From Pleurocapsa sp. MO_192.B19 (GTDB lineage Bacteria; Cyanobacteriota; Cyanobacteriia; Cyanobacteriales; Xenococcaceae): a stretch of DNA of 42,770 nucleotides. Location of the stretch: assembly GCA_030064975.1 (NCBI GenBank), contig JASJDX010000005.1:1-42770 (forward strand), read 5' to 3'. Of the stretch, positions 19,883 to 29,869 are shown piece after piece. The notes under the pieces are model-generated. The model saw nothing but the letters and a program-made list of their open reading frames with translations. It was not told the origin of the DNA and searched no databases. Made by a program: the position numbers and the translations under genes. Position 1 is the stretch's first letter. Every line of letters begins with the position of its first letter.

Positions 19883-22263
19883 ATGGAGTAGGCACAAAGC
19901 GCATCTTCCGACCTCGCGGTGGGCATGTTTCTTCATACCTCTCCCCAAACCCAACGTGACAATTTCTCGTCATTGGGCTTTCCATCATTGTTACCTCCGA
20001 CCAAATGAAGGGGTCTGTGCGTGACAAGGGCGACATAGTAGCTGAAGATTATCTTCAGTATCTTTACCCTTGTTTTTGCGCGGTATGGTGTGGTGTAAGT
20101 CTAGTTTACCTAGAGAACCACACCGTTCACATTTCGCGCCCCTTATAGCTTTAATCTTCTCTTTGAGTTCGCGCCATGTAACATTTTCAGCATTGCCCAT
20201 CCAGATTTGATTAGATAAGGCTTTTTCTGGCTGTGACGCTGACATTGTTCCGAACCCTTCTAAATAAGGATTATCTGGTGAACGAGAACGGTATTTCTTC
20301 AAGGGCAAATCGCTCATCCTGTAAAGGAAGAGGTAGTTATCCCCGTTGACTACACCAAAGTTCCATCTCTTACCATTTTCACGGAGCTTGAATCTATCTA
20401 GTATCTTTCGGACGGAGACTTTATGCCGTTTCTTCAGCCAGAGGAATAATCTTTCATTGACCCAGAAGTCTAAGTCTTTAGCTATTCCTTTAACGTTGGT
20501 ATGGCGATAATAGTTAATCCATCCTCTGAGTACTGCGTTCATAGCCGAGATTTTCAGCAATGGTGAATCTTGAAACCACTTCCGTCTGGTCATTTCCTTG
20601 ACCTTAAGCTTCAACTTTTTGATGTTTTCCTGTGCTGGTGTGACTAGCATCTTTGGTCGGTCATTAGATTTTACGTATCTTTGAACGTGAAAACCTAAAA
20701 AGTCAAAACCTTGGTTTACATGAGTGATATGCGTTTTTTCGGGTGAGAGTTCGAGTTTTAATTCTTCCCAGAGGAAGGTCTGGAACTCTTCTTTTAGCCT
20801 CATGGCTTCTGCTTTTCCACCGTTGGTAAGTAGTAGCCAATCATCGGCGTAGCGAATTAACGCACAATTTCCCATGTGGTTTGTTCGACGGCGTTCTTTC
20901 TGTTTGCGATGTAGGTTGCCATATTTATTCCACCAGTAGAGGTCTAGCTGGTGAAGGTAGATGTTCGCTAAAATTGGCGAACAAATTGCGCCCTGGGGAG
21001 TTCCCAATTCGGTGCGCTTGAATAAATGACCTTCCATAATTCCCGCTTTAAGAAATTGTTCTATCAGCTTTAGGAAACGTTTATCAGCTATTCGTTTTGC
21101 CAGCAGATTCATCAGTATTTGATGGTGAATGCTATCAAATGCTGCTTTGATATCCCCTTCAATGACCCAGTAATATTTGTTGCGCCGATTGATGTAGCTA
21201 TCCAATCTGGCAATACAATCCTGGGTTCTGCGTCCTGGTCGAAAACCGTTGGAGCAGTTTAGAAAGTCGCTTTCATAGATTGGTTCTAACACCATTTTGA
21301 CAAGCATTTGTACTACTCTGTCTTTAATTGTGGGAATACCCAATGGACGGGTTTTTCCATTAGACTTGGGAATGTGTATTCGACGGACGGGCATTGGGCG
21401 AAACTGTTTTTGACGCAGTTCCGTTTCAAGCTCTTTCACAAATTTAGACTTTGCTGCATCTGATTCTAGAGCTTTCTTGCTGATTCCATCGATTCCTGGT
21501 GTCTTAGAACCTTTATTTGAGAGAATTGTCTCCAGGGCATCGGCAATCCAATCTCGACGGCAGATGAGCCGATAGAGATGGTCAAATTGATGCCATGATT
21601 GAAACTTCGCTTTTATGGCGAGACTACGTTGGGTTTTGATGATATCGGACATACTTCTTAGTCCTCTCTTTTCCTCTTTGTATCTCTAACAATGACTGCC
21701 ATCCTTTGCCATGTGCTAGCTTATTTTCTAGCTCGGACTACTACGATGGCTCTGCCACGCAATAACTACTTCAGTTGCAGTTAACCCAGTCTAAAATAGA
21801 CCAGTTATTGCGCTTCCTACGTTCATACATTGGTACGTGGTTTACATTTAACCGTAGGCTTCTTCTGTACTCCTGTGGGATACAGACCTAGTATCCTCGA
21901 CATCAGTTGATAATTTATACCCTTATAATCAGAGCAATTCAGTTCGCGTCTAAGAACTTTTTCAACCAATCGAATATAAATTGGTTTACCTGATGTCTCA
22001 CGCCATCTCTGTCGTTTAACAGCGTGTCCAAGGTGTAGGAGCGTCGGACGAAGATTCCTTTCGTAGCCATAGTTAAATTCAGGCTCGAAGCCTCATACTG
22101 TAACAGAGTGCCAGTACTTTGCTCCTTGTTTCCCAGGCTTCAAACAGGTTCTCACTCATTGTCCCCTGCCTGCTGGGTCAGCCTTAGTACATTAGGGAAT
22201 GTACTATCTCTTGGTAGTTTTTCACTCTCCATGAGTATTACCAATGTACGCTTCGCAGCGCAC
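19883..22263 (-). mobile_element. nested group II intron (inner intron of a twintron, probably mitochondrial-like/IIA)
   Basis: Minus-strand 5' GTGCGCTGCG at 22263; domain V GAAAGCCCAATGACGAGAAATTGTCACGTTGGGTTT (~19982-19945); 3' end ...ACTCCAT at 19883. Removal restores the host RT frame. Confidence 0.9.
19991..21652 (-). CDS. group II intron reverse transcriptase/maturase with HNH endonuclease, intact
   Basis: LYRLI...NKGSKTPGIDG, RPLGIPT, GFRPGR, GTPQGAICSP, YADD, GFDFLG, RGWINYY, C-terminal CERC...HH...NLQLLC..CH; AGAGAGGA RBS. Confidence 0.93.
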   Translation of the reverse strand: MSDIIKTQRSLAIKAKFQSWHQFDHLYRLICRRDWIADALETILSNKGSKTPGIDGISKKALESDAAKSKFVKELETELRQKQFRPMPVRRIHIPKSNGKTRPLGIPTIKDRVVQMLVKMVLEPIYESDFLNCSNGFRPGRRTQDCIARLDSYINRRNKYYWVIEGDIKAAFDSIHHQILMNLLAKRIADKRFLKLIEQFLKAGIMEGHLFKRTELGTPQGAICSPILANIYLHQLDLYWWNKYGNLHRKQKERRRTNHMGNCALIRYADDWLLLTNGGKAEAMRLKEEFQTFLWEELKLELSPEKTHITHVNQGFDFLGFHVQRYVKSNDRPKMLVTPAQENIKKLKLKVKEMTRRKWFQDSPLLKISAMNAVLRGWINYYRHTNVKGIAKDLDFWVNERLFLWLKKRHKVSVRKILDRFKLRENGKRWNFGVVNGDNYLFLYRMSDLPLKKYRSRSPDNPYLEGFGTMSASQPEKALSNQIWMGNAENVTWRELKEKIKAIRGAKCERCGSLGKLDLHHTIPRKNKGKDTEDNLQLLCRPCHAQTPSFGRR

Positions 22264-23741
22264 AACCCCCACCTTGCGGTGTTCCTTCAGAAATAGCTGT
22301 GAATACCCCTTGATCTATAACTCCAGCCTTTAGTCAGGATTTAATTTGTTTCCTAACTTTTCCCGTTTGACCGAGTTTCTGGAGTAGGGTTGAGTGGTCG
22401 ATACAATCGAAACATTTGGCAATATCCGCATCTAAAACATACTTGGTTTTAGTTTGGATTGCTAATTTTATTTGCCTGATTGCATCGTGACATGACCTTC
22501 CTGGGCGAAATCCATAGGAATTACTTTCAAAATGTGCTTCCCATTCTGGTTCTAGCGCGGCTTTTACTATTCCTTGTAAAGCTCTATCTTGCATGGTCGG
22601 TATGCCTAATGGACGTTTCTCGTCTTTTCCAGATTTGGGTATCCAAACTCGACGAGTTGGTCTACTTTTTCCTGTTAATTTGAGTTGTCCTACGAGTTTC
22701 ATACGGGCTGCTGGGGATAGAGATTTAATTCCATCCACTCCTGCCGTCTTTTTACCTCGATTATCTTGAGTTACCCTACGAACTGCTAAAACCTTATTCG
22801 ACCATGACCTCATGAGTGTTTTTTGGAGTTTTCGTACTATTTTTATGTCTCCACGACGAGAGGCAGCATAAATGCGCTTTTGCAGCTTGAAAACGTATCT
22901 ATCGACTTTTTGCCAATTGATTTCGTCCCATCCTACAGTCTTCAGTTGTGAATCTGTGTTAGGCTTATTCACCGTTAATTACACCTTTAGCTTTGATACA
23001 TTTGCGGGTCACGTCTGCTTATCCTGGGCATTACCCCATCCTTTTTCTGGCATTACTCGTTGCTTCGAGTTAGGCATTGGCTTCTTGTCCCATCCTTCCC
23101 AACCTCACCATACGGTTTGATACCTACCAGTTAATCTAGGGATGTGATTGGGTTACTTCGTTCCTACACAATCATTGCTGAACTTAATGTTCAGTTGATT
23201 TGAGTTCTTTAGGGTTCATCTGTCCACCTATATGAACTGGATATGCGTTATCAAACGACTTAAATTTGATAATCCTGGGTTCTGTCTGTTATTTCAGACG
23301 TAGGGTGTGGTCTTTAACACCACTAGCTTATATCCCCTACTAGACTCTTTAGATGGTTAATGACGATGATTTGTTTATCTACCCCACGATGTCCTCTTCC
23401 TTGAAATTATCTCAGTCCAGGGTCGGGTATAGAACTCCTGCTTGCGGTTAGACGTTTTCAGCAATTATCGTTCTGTCCGCTTTTACTCCCGCATATTGCC
23501 TCTGGGTTATCATTCCAGACACAAGGGAAACTTCTCTCTCTTGTCACCAAGAGGGACGCTGTATGCTTTTCACTCCGCATAAGAGCGCAATGATTTGGTT
23601 TTCTGAGTTAGTCACCTCACATTGATGATGTGTAAGTTGTTTCCTCTAGGAGATTAAAGTGCGAACTCAACCCAGGTTGGGTTATCCTAGAAGAACCTCC
23701 AATCCCCCTATTTATATAGGTTTCTGGAGAACGAATCGCAC

Positions 23742-23826
23742 TGAGTCGTGAGTCTTAGGAATCCCCCATTAAAACGCTCAAGCGTTTAATGGCGGGAGGA
23801 TGTCAAAAGATAAATTTAAATTAGAA
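23742..23826 (+). ncRNA. 3' part of the TnpB omegaRNA scaffold / IS right end, plus flank-derived guide
   Basis: GAAT, hairpin CCATTAAAACGCT-CA-AGCGTTTAATGG, terminal TCAA at 23803-23806. The predicted guide begins at 23807 (AAGATAAATTTAAATTAG). Confidence 0.7.
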
Positions 23827-23914
23827 AAAAATAAATGAGCAAATCAGCGTCAAAGCCGTTAGAAAAAATAAGCTGTTGTTCATCCAGTCATTTAGATTCC
23901 ATTTTTTAAACATT

Positions 23915-26900
23915 TCAATTAGTTGTTGATTGTCGCTCGTTTACATTATTTTTCTGTGTATCTACATATCCGTTTTGGTCTTCTAAATATTCTTTTAGCT
24001 TTATCTTCTCTTTATCCTTTCCTTTATCTCCTTTGAGAAATCTCTTCTCAAAGTCTTTAATGACAATATAGAGAATTGGCACAAAGATCAGACTTAAAGC
24101 AGTCGCTACCAACATCCCACCAAACACTGCAGTACCCAAAGACCAGCGACTGACAGCACCAGCACCAGAAGCAATTACTAAAGGCACAAAACCAACTAAA
24201 GTAGAAACCGCCGTCATTAAAATCGCTCGAAGGCGTTGTTCGGAGGCAAAAATAGCCGCTTTTTTAATGCTCATTCCCAAATCGCGGTTTTGATTGGCAA
24301 ATTCGACAATAAGAATCGCATTTTTACTTGCCATGCCGATTAGCATAACCAAACCTACTTGGGCATAAAAGTTGTTGTTAAGAACAGGCCAAACTCCACC
24401 AGCTTGCAGGAAAGTAGCTCGCAGCCAAATTCCTCCCAGCGCACCTAAGATAGCAAGGGGAACAGTAAGCATAATAATTAGAGGATCTATATAGCTTTCA
24501 TACTGAGCAGCTAATACTAAGAAAACCATGGCAAAACTTAGACCAAATACCAAAAGTGCAGCACCGCCAGCCGTTCTTTCCTCTGCTGCTGTAGTTGTCC
24601 ATTCATAACCAAAACCAGGTTGTAGAGTCGCTTCTGCTACTTCTTCCATTGCTTCAATCACCTGCCCCGAACTAAAACCTGGTGCGGGAGCAAGGTTAAT
24701 TTTAATTGCTGGGTAAACGTTGTAGTTGGTAACAACAGGAGGATAAGAGATTTGTCGAGCGTTTATCAGATTACTTAGCCGAATCAGTTCTCCATCTCGC
24801 GATCGCACATAGAGACGATTGATATCTTCAGGATTGCTGCGATTTGCTGCATCAGCTTGGGCGTATACGCGATAAAGTCTGCCATCTAAGACAAATTGAT
24901 TGATAAAGTTAGACCCTAAATAGGTTTGTAGAGTACTAAGAATTTCGCTGACATCGACATTTTGAGCATTGGCTTTGTTGCGATCGATGTCAGCCTCCAG
25001 CATAGGGCTGTCGAAGGTAAAAGTAGTAATTGCTTGAGCAATTTCTTCGCGCTCGCTGGCTGCGGCAATGACCTGTTGAGTATTACTAATCAAAGCATCC
25101 ATTCCCTTCGCCTGAAGGTCTTCGATATAAATTTCCGCTCCGCCAAAGCTGCCCAAACCATCTACAGGGGGAGCATTAACGGCGAAGATTCGTGCGCCAT
25201 CGATATTTTGCTGAAATTGTTCATTAGCTTTCTGGGTTAAACCGAAAACCGAGCTAGAATCCTCAGTTCTCTTATTCCAAGGATTGAGCTTGACAAATAT
25301 TACCCCTTTGTTACTGTTTTGCCCTTCAAAGGAAAATCCTGAAAGTGCTATTGTATGCTCAACTTCTTCAAATTCCATCAGAATCTGGGCTGCTTGTCGG
25401 GTAATGTTGTGGGTATAGCTTAAAGAAACTCCAGGCGGTGCTTCTATAATAGTGAAGAAATAGCCTTGATCTTCCTCGGGAACAAATCCTTGGGCAAGAC
25501 TCACATAAGTCCAACCTGTTAAGATTAAACCTGCTAAGAAAATCACTATGACCATTAGCTTTATGCGAGCCAAGAATTCAATGAAGCTTCTGTAACGTTC
25601 TTTAAACCAATCAAAGCTACGGTTAAATCTAGGAAAAAACCAACCCAATGGTCCTTTAACTGGTTCTGTGGGACGGAGAAATACTCCCGACATACTTGGG
25701 GAGAAAGTCAGGGCATTAAAGGTAGAAAAGGCAACTGCAAAAGCGATGGTTAGGGCAAACTGTTTGTAAACAATACCCGTCGTTCCAGGAAAGAAAGTTA
25801 CAGGAATAAACACTGCCATTAACACCACAGAAGTTGAAATAACTCCCCCGACTAATTCTTCCATCGCATCTAGGGCTGCTTGTCGAGGACGCATTCCCTG
25901 AGAAATCTTTGCTGATACTGCCTCAACAATCACAATCCCGTCATCTACTACTAATCCTGTCGCCAATACACAGGCAAATAAGGTCAACTGATTGAGGGTA
26001 AATCCCAATGCCTTTAGAGCAATCATTGCTCCTATCAAGGCGACGGGAATAGCAACGGCAGGAATTAAAGTTGTACGCCAGTCTTGGAGAAAGATAAAGA
26101 TAATTAAAACTACCAGTCCGATCGCCTGTACTAAAGTAACTACTAGATCTTGCAGAGAAGCATTAATAAACAGAGTATTATCGTGAGCGATTTCGGCTTT
26201 TAAACCTCTGGGAAAATCTTGTTCTAACTCTGCCATTTTTGCCTTGACTGCTGAGGCAGTATTCAGGGCATTCGTACCAGGAAGTTGATAAAATACCAGT
26301 CCCACTGCGGGATTTTCTGCGTCAAATATAGTTTGGGTGAAGTAGTTTTCTATTCCTAATTCTGCTCGTCCTATATCTTTAATCTTAATCAGCGTACCGT
26401 TGCCCTCAGCTTGAACTACCAAGTTTTCTGCTTCTTCTACAGTGGTAAATCGTCCTAAAACTCGCAGAGGTAATTCATACTGCTGTTCCTCTAAAATAGG
26501 TGGTCTACCGATACCACCTGCACCTACTTCAAAGTTTTGTGTTTCAATGGCATTAGTTACATCGCTAGCCGTTAATCCCCTGGCAGCAAGTTTATTAGGA
26601 TCGAGCCAAATCCGCATCGAATAAGTAGCTCCTCCAAATGCATCAAGACTACCTACTCCTTCAATTCTTCTCAGTTCGTTCCAAAGATAGCGGTCGACAT
26701 AGTTATAGATAAATACTGGGTCATAATAGTAGTTACCCGCTTCATCTTTTTCCGAGTAAAAAGCATAAACTAAGGTAAAAGTAGGGGATTGTTGATTTGT
26801 TGTGACCCCTGCAGAGATAACGCTCTGAGGCAAATCTGATTGTGCCTGGGCAACTCGATTCTGTACTAGTACTTGCGCGGTGTCGACATCTTGTTCTACA

Positions 26901-27190
26901 GGAAAAGAGATGTTAATTGTGGCATTGCCTGCATTGTCAGTATTAGAATCAATCCATTTAACATCTTGTATTCCGTTGATTTCTCTTTCTAGTACGGTAG
27001 TTACATTATCTACCGTAGTCCTAGCATCCGCACCGACATAATTCGCCTGTACTGTGATTTGCTTAGGAGCAATTTGGGGCAGCTTATCTAGAGGCAGCAA
27101 TGCCATACAAATAACTCCCACCAGCACAATCACGATTGTACAGACAGTAGTTAAGACGGGTCGTTTTATAAAAGGGGTTGATATAGACAT
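23915..27190 (-). CDS. RND efflux transporter permease (AcrB/HAE1-like)
   Basis: FIKRPV, YSMRIWLDP, GLVVDDGIVIVE, KNAILIVEF and RLRAILMT motifs; 1091 aa. Confidence 0.95.
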   Translation of the reverse strand: MSISTPFIKRPVLTTVCTIVIVLVGVICMALLPLDKLPQIAPKQITVQANYVGADARTTVDNVTTVLEREINGIQDVKWIDSNTDNAGNATINISFPVEQDVDTAQVLVQNRVAQAQSDLPQSVISAGVTTNQQSPTFTLVYAFYSEKDEAGNYYYDPVFIYNYVDRYLWNELRRIEGVGSLDAFGGATYSMRIWLDPNKLAARGLTASDVTNAIETQNFEVGAGGIGRPPILEEQQYELPLRVLGRFTTVEEAENLVVQAEGNGTLIKIKDIGRAELGIENYFTQTIFDAENPAVGLVFYQLPGTNALNTASAVKAKMAELEQDFPRGLKAEIAHDNTLFINASLQDLVVTLVQAIGLVVLIIFIFLQDWRTTLIPAVAIPVALIGAMIALKALGFTLNQLTLFACVLATGLVVDDGIVIVEAVSAKISQGMRPRQAALDAMEELVGGVISTSVVLMAVFIPVTFFPGTTGIVYKQFALTIAFAVAFSTFNALTFSPSMSGVFLRPTEPVKGPLGWFFPRFNRSFDWFKERYRSFIEFLARIKLMVIVIFLAGLILTGWTYVSLAQGFVPEEDQGYFFTIIEAPPGVSLSYTHNITRQAAQILMEFEEVEHTIALSGFSFEGQNSNKGVIFVKLNPWNKRTEDSSSVFGLTQKANEQFQQNIDGARIFAVNAPPVDGLGSFGGAEIYIEDLQAKGMDALISNTQQVIAAASEREEIAQAITTFTFDSPMLEADIDRNKANAQNVDVSEILSTLQTYLGSNFINQFVLDGRLYRVYAQADAANRSNPEDINRLYVRSRDGELIRLSNLINARQISYPPVVTNYNVYPAIKINLAPAPGFSSGQVIEAMEEVAEATLQPGFGYEWTTTAAEERTAGGAALLVFGLSFAMVFLVLAAQYESYIDPLIIMLTVPLAILGALGGIWLRATFLQAGGVWPVLNNNFYAQVGLVMLIGMASKNAILIVEFANQNRDLGMSIKKAAIFASEQRLRAILMTAVSTLVGFVPLVIASGAGAVSRWSLGTAVFGGMLVATALSLIFVPILYIVIKDFEKRFLKGDKGKDKEKIKLKEYLEDQNGYVDTQKNNVNERQSTTN

Positions 27191-27207
27191 ACAAAATTGA
27201 TTTTTAG

Positions 27208-27235
27208 GTAATCAGTAATCAGTAATCAGTAATCA
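27208..27235. repeat. heptamer tandem repeat (GTAATCA)x4, STRR-like
   Basis: Read directly in the intergenic region between the adaptor and RND genes. Confidence 0.85.
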
Positions 27236-27286
27236 GGGTAAGCTGCTAGTTTTTCTTTCCCCTACTTCCCATCTTCATGTCTCCCA

Positions 27287-28690
27287 TTACTTATCTATTT
27301 CTGCATCAGAGACAGCTTGATTTTCCTCGGCTTCGCTAATAGGTGTACCGTCTTGTAGACTGAGTATATTAGAGACGACAATTCGATCTCCTTTCTCTAC
27401 CCCAGAGAGGATCTGATAGTCTTGGGTTTGAATGCTTCCTAATTTCACCGGCTGTTGCTCAGCAACTAAAGACTTTTCTCCTGACTCGGATTCTTTTGGT
27501 TGCGCTACGTAGACAAAGTTTTGCCCCCCTAAAGTAGATACTGCGGTAGTGGGTATTAACACCCCTGGTTTTTCCGACCAAATAACTCTAACTCGCACAT
27601 ATTCCCTGTCTCTTAGACTACTCTTATTGGGAAAAGTAACTTTAGTCAGGATAGACTGTGTATTTTGCTGAACCAAAGGCGCGATGTAGGTGATTTTTCC
27701 TCTGATTCCCGAACTACCATCTTCGTTGATAGTCTCTACCTCAATCCCCTGTCGCAATCGATCGCGATATTCGGTAGGAATATTAATATTAAGATCGAAG
27801 TTTTGATTATTGGTAATAGTGGTTAACTGATCGCCGACGCTAACATAATCTCCGACTTTACTTTGATCGAAACTACCCACAACGCCGTCAATAGGAGCAA
27901 TTATGGTGTTGTAAGCCAAATTTTGACTTACAGAGCCTAATTCCGCTTCAGATTGCTTGATAGTTGCTTCTTGGCTGTCTATGTTCGCTCTAGCTTGTTC
28001 TACTTGCTTTTCTGCCGCTTGAAGAGATTCGATTGCTGCATTAAGCGATTCTCGGCGAGAATTGCGCTGAGCGATACTGCTTTTAAGATCGCGATTATCG
28101 TCATCCAAATTCTGTTGGGGTAACGCTCCTCCTTCGACTAGAGTTTTTGTTCGCTTGATATTAATCTGAGCCAGTTCTAGTTCTGCTTCTAAATCTTGAA
28201 GATCGGCTCTCGCACTTTCTGCTTCGGCGGCAGCGGCAGCGCGATTGGCTTCTGCTGTTCTGAGTTCAGCTTGGACTTGACCCAATCTGGCTCGTTCGAC
28301 ATTAACGCTTTGGGTGGCGGCGTTAACATTTTCTTGTTCTTGAGTCGGTTCTAGTCTGGCAATTCGATCCCCCCGACTGACGCGATCGCCTTGACGCACA
28401 AAAATCTCTAAAATTCTGCCATCAATACGGGGAGCAAGACTGACGCGATCTCTGGCTTCTAAAGTGCCAACATACTCGGTACTATCGATTAAGGGAGCTA
28501 ATTCTAAAGTTTTTAACTCGACGTTAATTGCCTGGGATTGATTAGCTTCTTCTTCACTGCTACTACAGCCACTAATAGAAATAGAGAGTAAAGCGATGGT
28601 CAATATTGACGTAAAGAGCTTTGAGCTTTGCTTAAAAAACACAATAATGGAAGACTCGGAGATAAGTTTTGACTTTTGTTTCTGAATCAT
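27287..28690 (-). CDS. RND efflux periplasmic adaptor (membrane fusion protein), probable lipoprotein
   Basis: ISGC lipobox-like motif, PRIDGRI...V..GDRV..GD, coiled coil, I.APIDGVVG, LIPTTAV. Confidence 0.93.
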   Translation of the reverse strand: MIQKQKSKLISESSIIVFFKQSSKLFTSILTIALLSISISGCSSSEEEANQSQAINVELKTLELAPLIDSTEYVGTLEARDRVSLAPRIDGRILEIFVRQGDRVSRGDRIARLEPTQEQENVNAATQSVNVERARLGQVQAELRTAEANRAAAAAEAESARADLQDLEAELELAQINIKRTKTLVEGGALPQQNLDDDNRDLKSSIAQRNSRRESLNAAIESLQAAEKQVEQARANIDSQEATIKQSEAELGSVSQNLAYNTIIAPIDGVVGSFDQSKVGDYVSVGDQLTTITNNQNFDLNINIPTEYRDRLRQGIEVETINEDGSSGIRGKITYIAPLVQQNTQSILTKVTFPNKSSLRDREYVRVRVIWSEKPGVLIPTTAVSTLGGQNFVYVAQPKESESGEKSLVAEQQPVKLGSIQTQDYQILSGVEKGDRIVVSNILSLQDGTPISEAEENQAVSDAEIDK

Positions 28691-29178
28691 TTTTAACTAC
28701 CTTTTCTGAAATAGAACGAGTCATAAGTTTGATTAATTTAAGAACTAAAAATAAAAAAAACTACTGAAAAGCAGTAAGATCAGAAATATTGTTTGTTTAA
28801 TATATTTAAAAATTTAATTCTTATACTAAAGCTTAAAAATTGTAAAATTAAATCGCCAGGGTTATTTTTTTGGTAATAGCACCTATTGTTTTGAGCAGTA
28901 ATAATTGAAGTAGAGAAAACGCCGCATTTTATCATTTTTTTCTTTTAGCCAGACAATACCGATGAGATGCCAAACAAGCTATAAACCTAATTAGATAGAG
29001 CCTATAGCTTTCAATTTTCTGTAAAAAAACTTGGGGAGCAAAATTTACTAGATAGGTTTTTTATGTTGTTTGAAAAGGCTTAAACAGGTAGATTTAATTT
29101 TCGAGTAATAACGAATTTATTACGCTTTAACTGTCAGAGAGTGTGCATTTTGCTACCCAAGGAAAAAAGAGAGAGTAG

Positions 29179-29832
29179 TCAAATCTGACTAATACTGTCG
29201 GGAATTTCTTCAGGAACAACCCAGTAATAAAGAGTATGCTGACGAGTTGGACCTTGCACTCGAACAACTTGCTCGGGTTGCCACTCTCCCATATTAAAAT
29301 CATGGGATACGACTCGCGTCCCTGGTTCAAGTTCTTGCAGTAGTTTAGAACGAAGTTCGAGGTTAACATCTGGTAGTAAATAAAGAGTAACTACAGTTGC
29401 TTCGCTTAGATCGATCTCGAACAAGTCTTGTTGCAAAAACTCCACGTTATCGGCAACATTTGCTGATTCAGCATTTTCTCGACTACGCCGTACGAGTTCT
29501 GGATCGATTTCTACACCAGTGCTGCGAGTCCCATATTTCTCGGCTGCGGTAATGGGAATTCGACCATCTCCACTACCAAGATCGTAAAGAATATCGTCGC
29601 TCGATACATTTGCCAATTCGAGCATTTGATTCACAACATTTTCTGGCGTGGGGACAAAAGGTACGCTAGGTGCATCAGTTGTAGGTTGGGTTTGTACTAA
29701 AGTTATAGGTTGTTGAGTTTGAGGTTCAGCAAGAGTCTCACTAAAGTTTCGTTGCTGAGTAGATCCAACTATTACCAAACTACTAACACTTAAAGTTGTT
29801 AGCCAAAACCTGACTTTTTTTTGTAATTTCAT
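29179..29832 (-). CDS. class I SAM-dependent methyltransferase with signal-like N-terminus
   Basis: VPFVPTP, YDLGSGDGRI, GVEID, VVTLYL, PGTRVVSHDF. Confidence 0.88.
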   Translation of the reverse strand: MKLQKKVRFWLTTLSVSSLVIVGSTQQRNFSETLAEPQTQQPITLVQTQPTTDAPSVPFVPTPENVVNQMLELANVSSDDILYDLGSGDGRIPITAAEKYGTRSTGVEIDPELVRRSRENAESANVADNVEFLQQDLFEIDLSEATVVTLYLLPDVNLELRSKLLQELEPGTRVVSHDFNMGEWQPEQVVRVQGPTRQHTLYYWVVPEEIPDSISQI

Positions 29833-29869
29833 GATATTTTCCGTTCAGATAAACAATTGACATTTGGGT

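Larger units (their letters stand above)
18734..22972 (-). pseudogene. outer-intron reverse transcriptase/maturase/HNH protein, disrupted
   Basis: N-terminus W..INW..V...V.KLQKRIY and RPLGIPT. In-frame TGA at 22334-22336 where Trp is expected (IKS*LKAG). Split by the inner intron at GTPQGGG-C|SPLLAN. YADD present. Frameshift in an A-run near 18910 inside the HNH domain. Confidence 0.88.
18619..23741 (-). mobile_element. group II intron (chloroplast-like class, outer intron), antisense to tnpB
   Basis: Minus-strand 5' GTGCGATTCG at 23741; domain V GAGTAGCCGTGTGTCGAGAAATTGACAAGCACGGTTTC (~18698-18661); 3' end ...ACTCTAAC at 18619. The flanks rejoin as tnpB CAGAAACC|TGAGTCGTGA. Confidence 0.92.
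16193..23806 (+). mobile_element. IS200/IS605-family tnpB element (no intact tnpA) carrying three group II introns
   Basis: tnpB exons plus a canonical right end GAAT-hairpin-GGAGGATGTCAA ending at 23806. The left boundary is inferred and uncertain. Confidence 0.8.

Noticed and set aside
18903-20036. Track ORF as an independent RT gene
   Set aside because: Its first ~50 codons are read-through of inner-intron domains V/VI; the rest is the 3' part of the outer intron's split RT.
18734-22972. RTs as retron, DGR or defence-associated RT
   Set aside because: Both have maturase and HNH domains and lie within group II intron boundaries; no msr/msd or TR/VR pair was seen.
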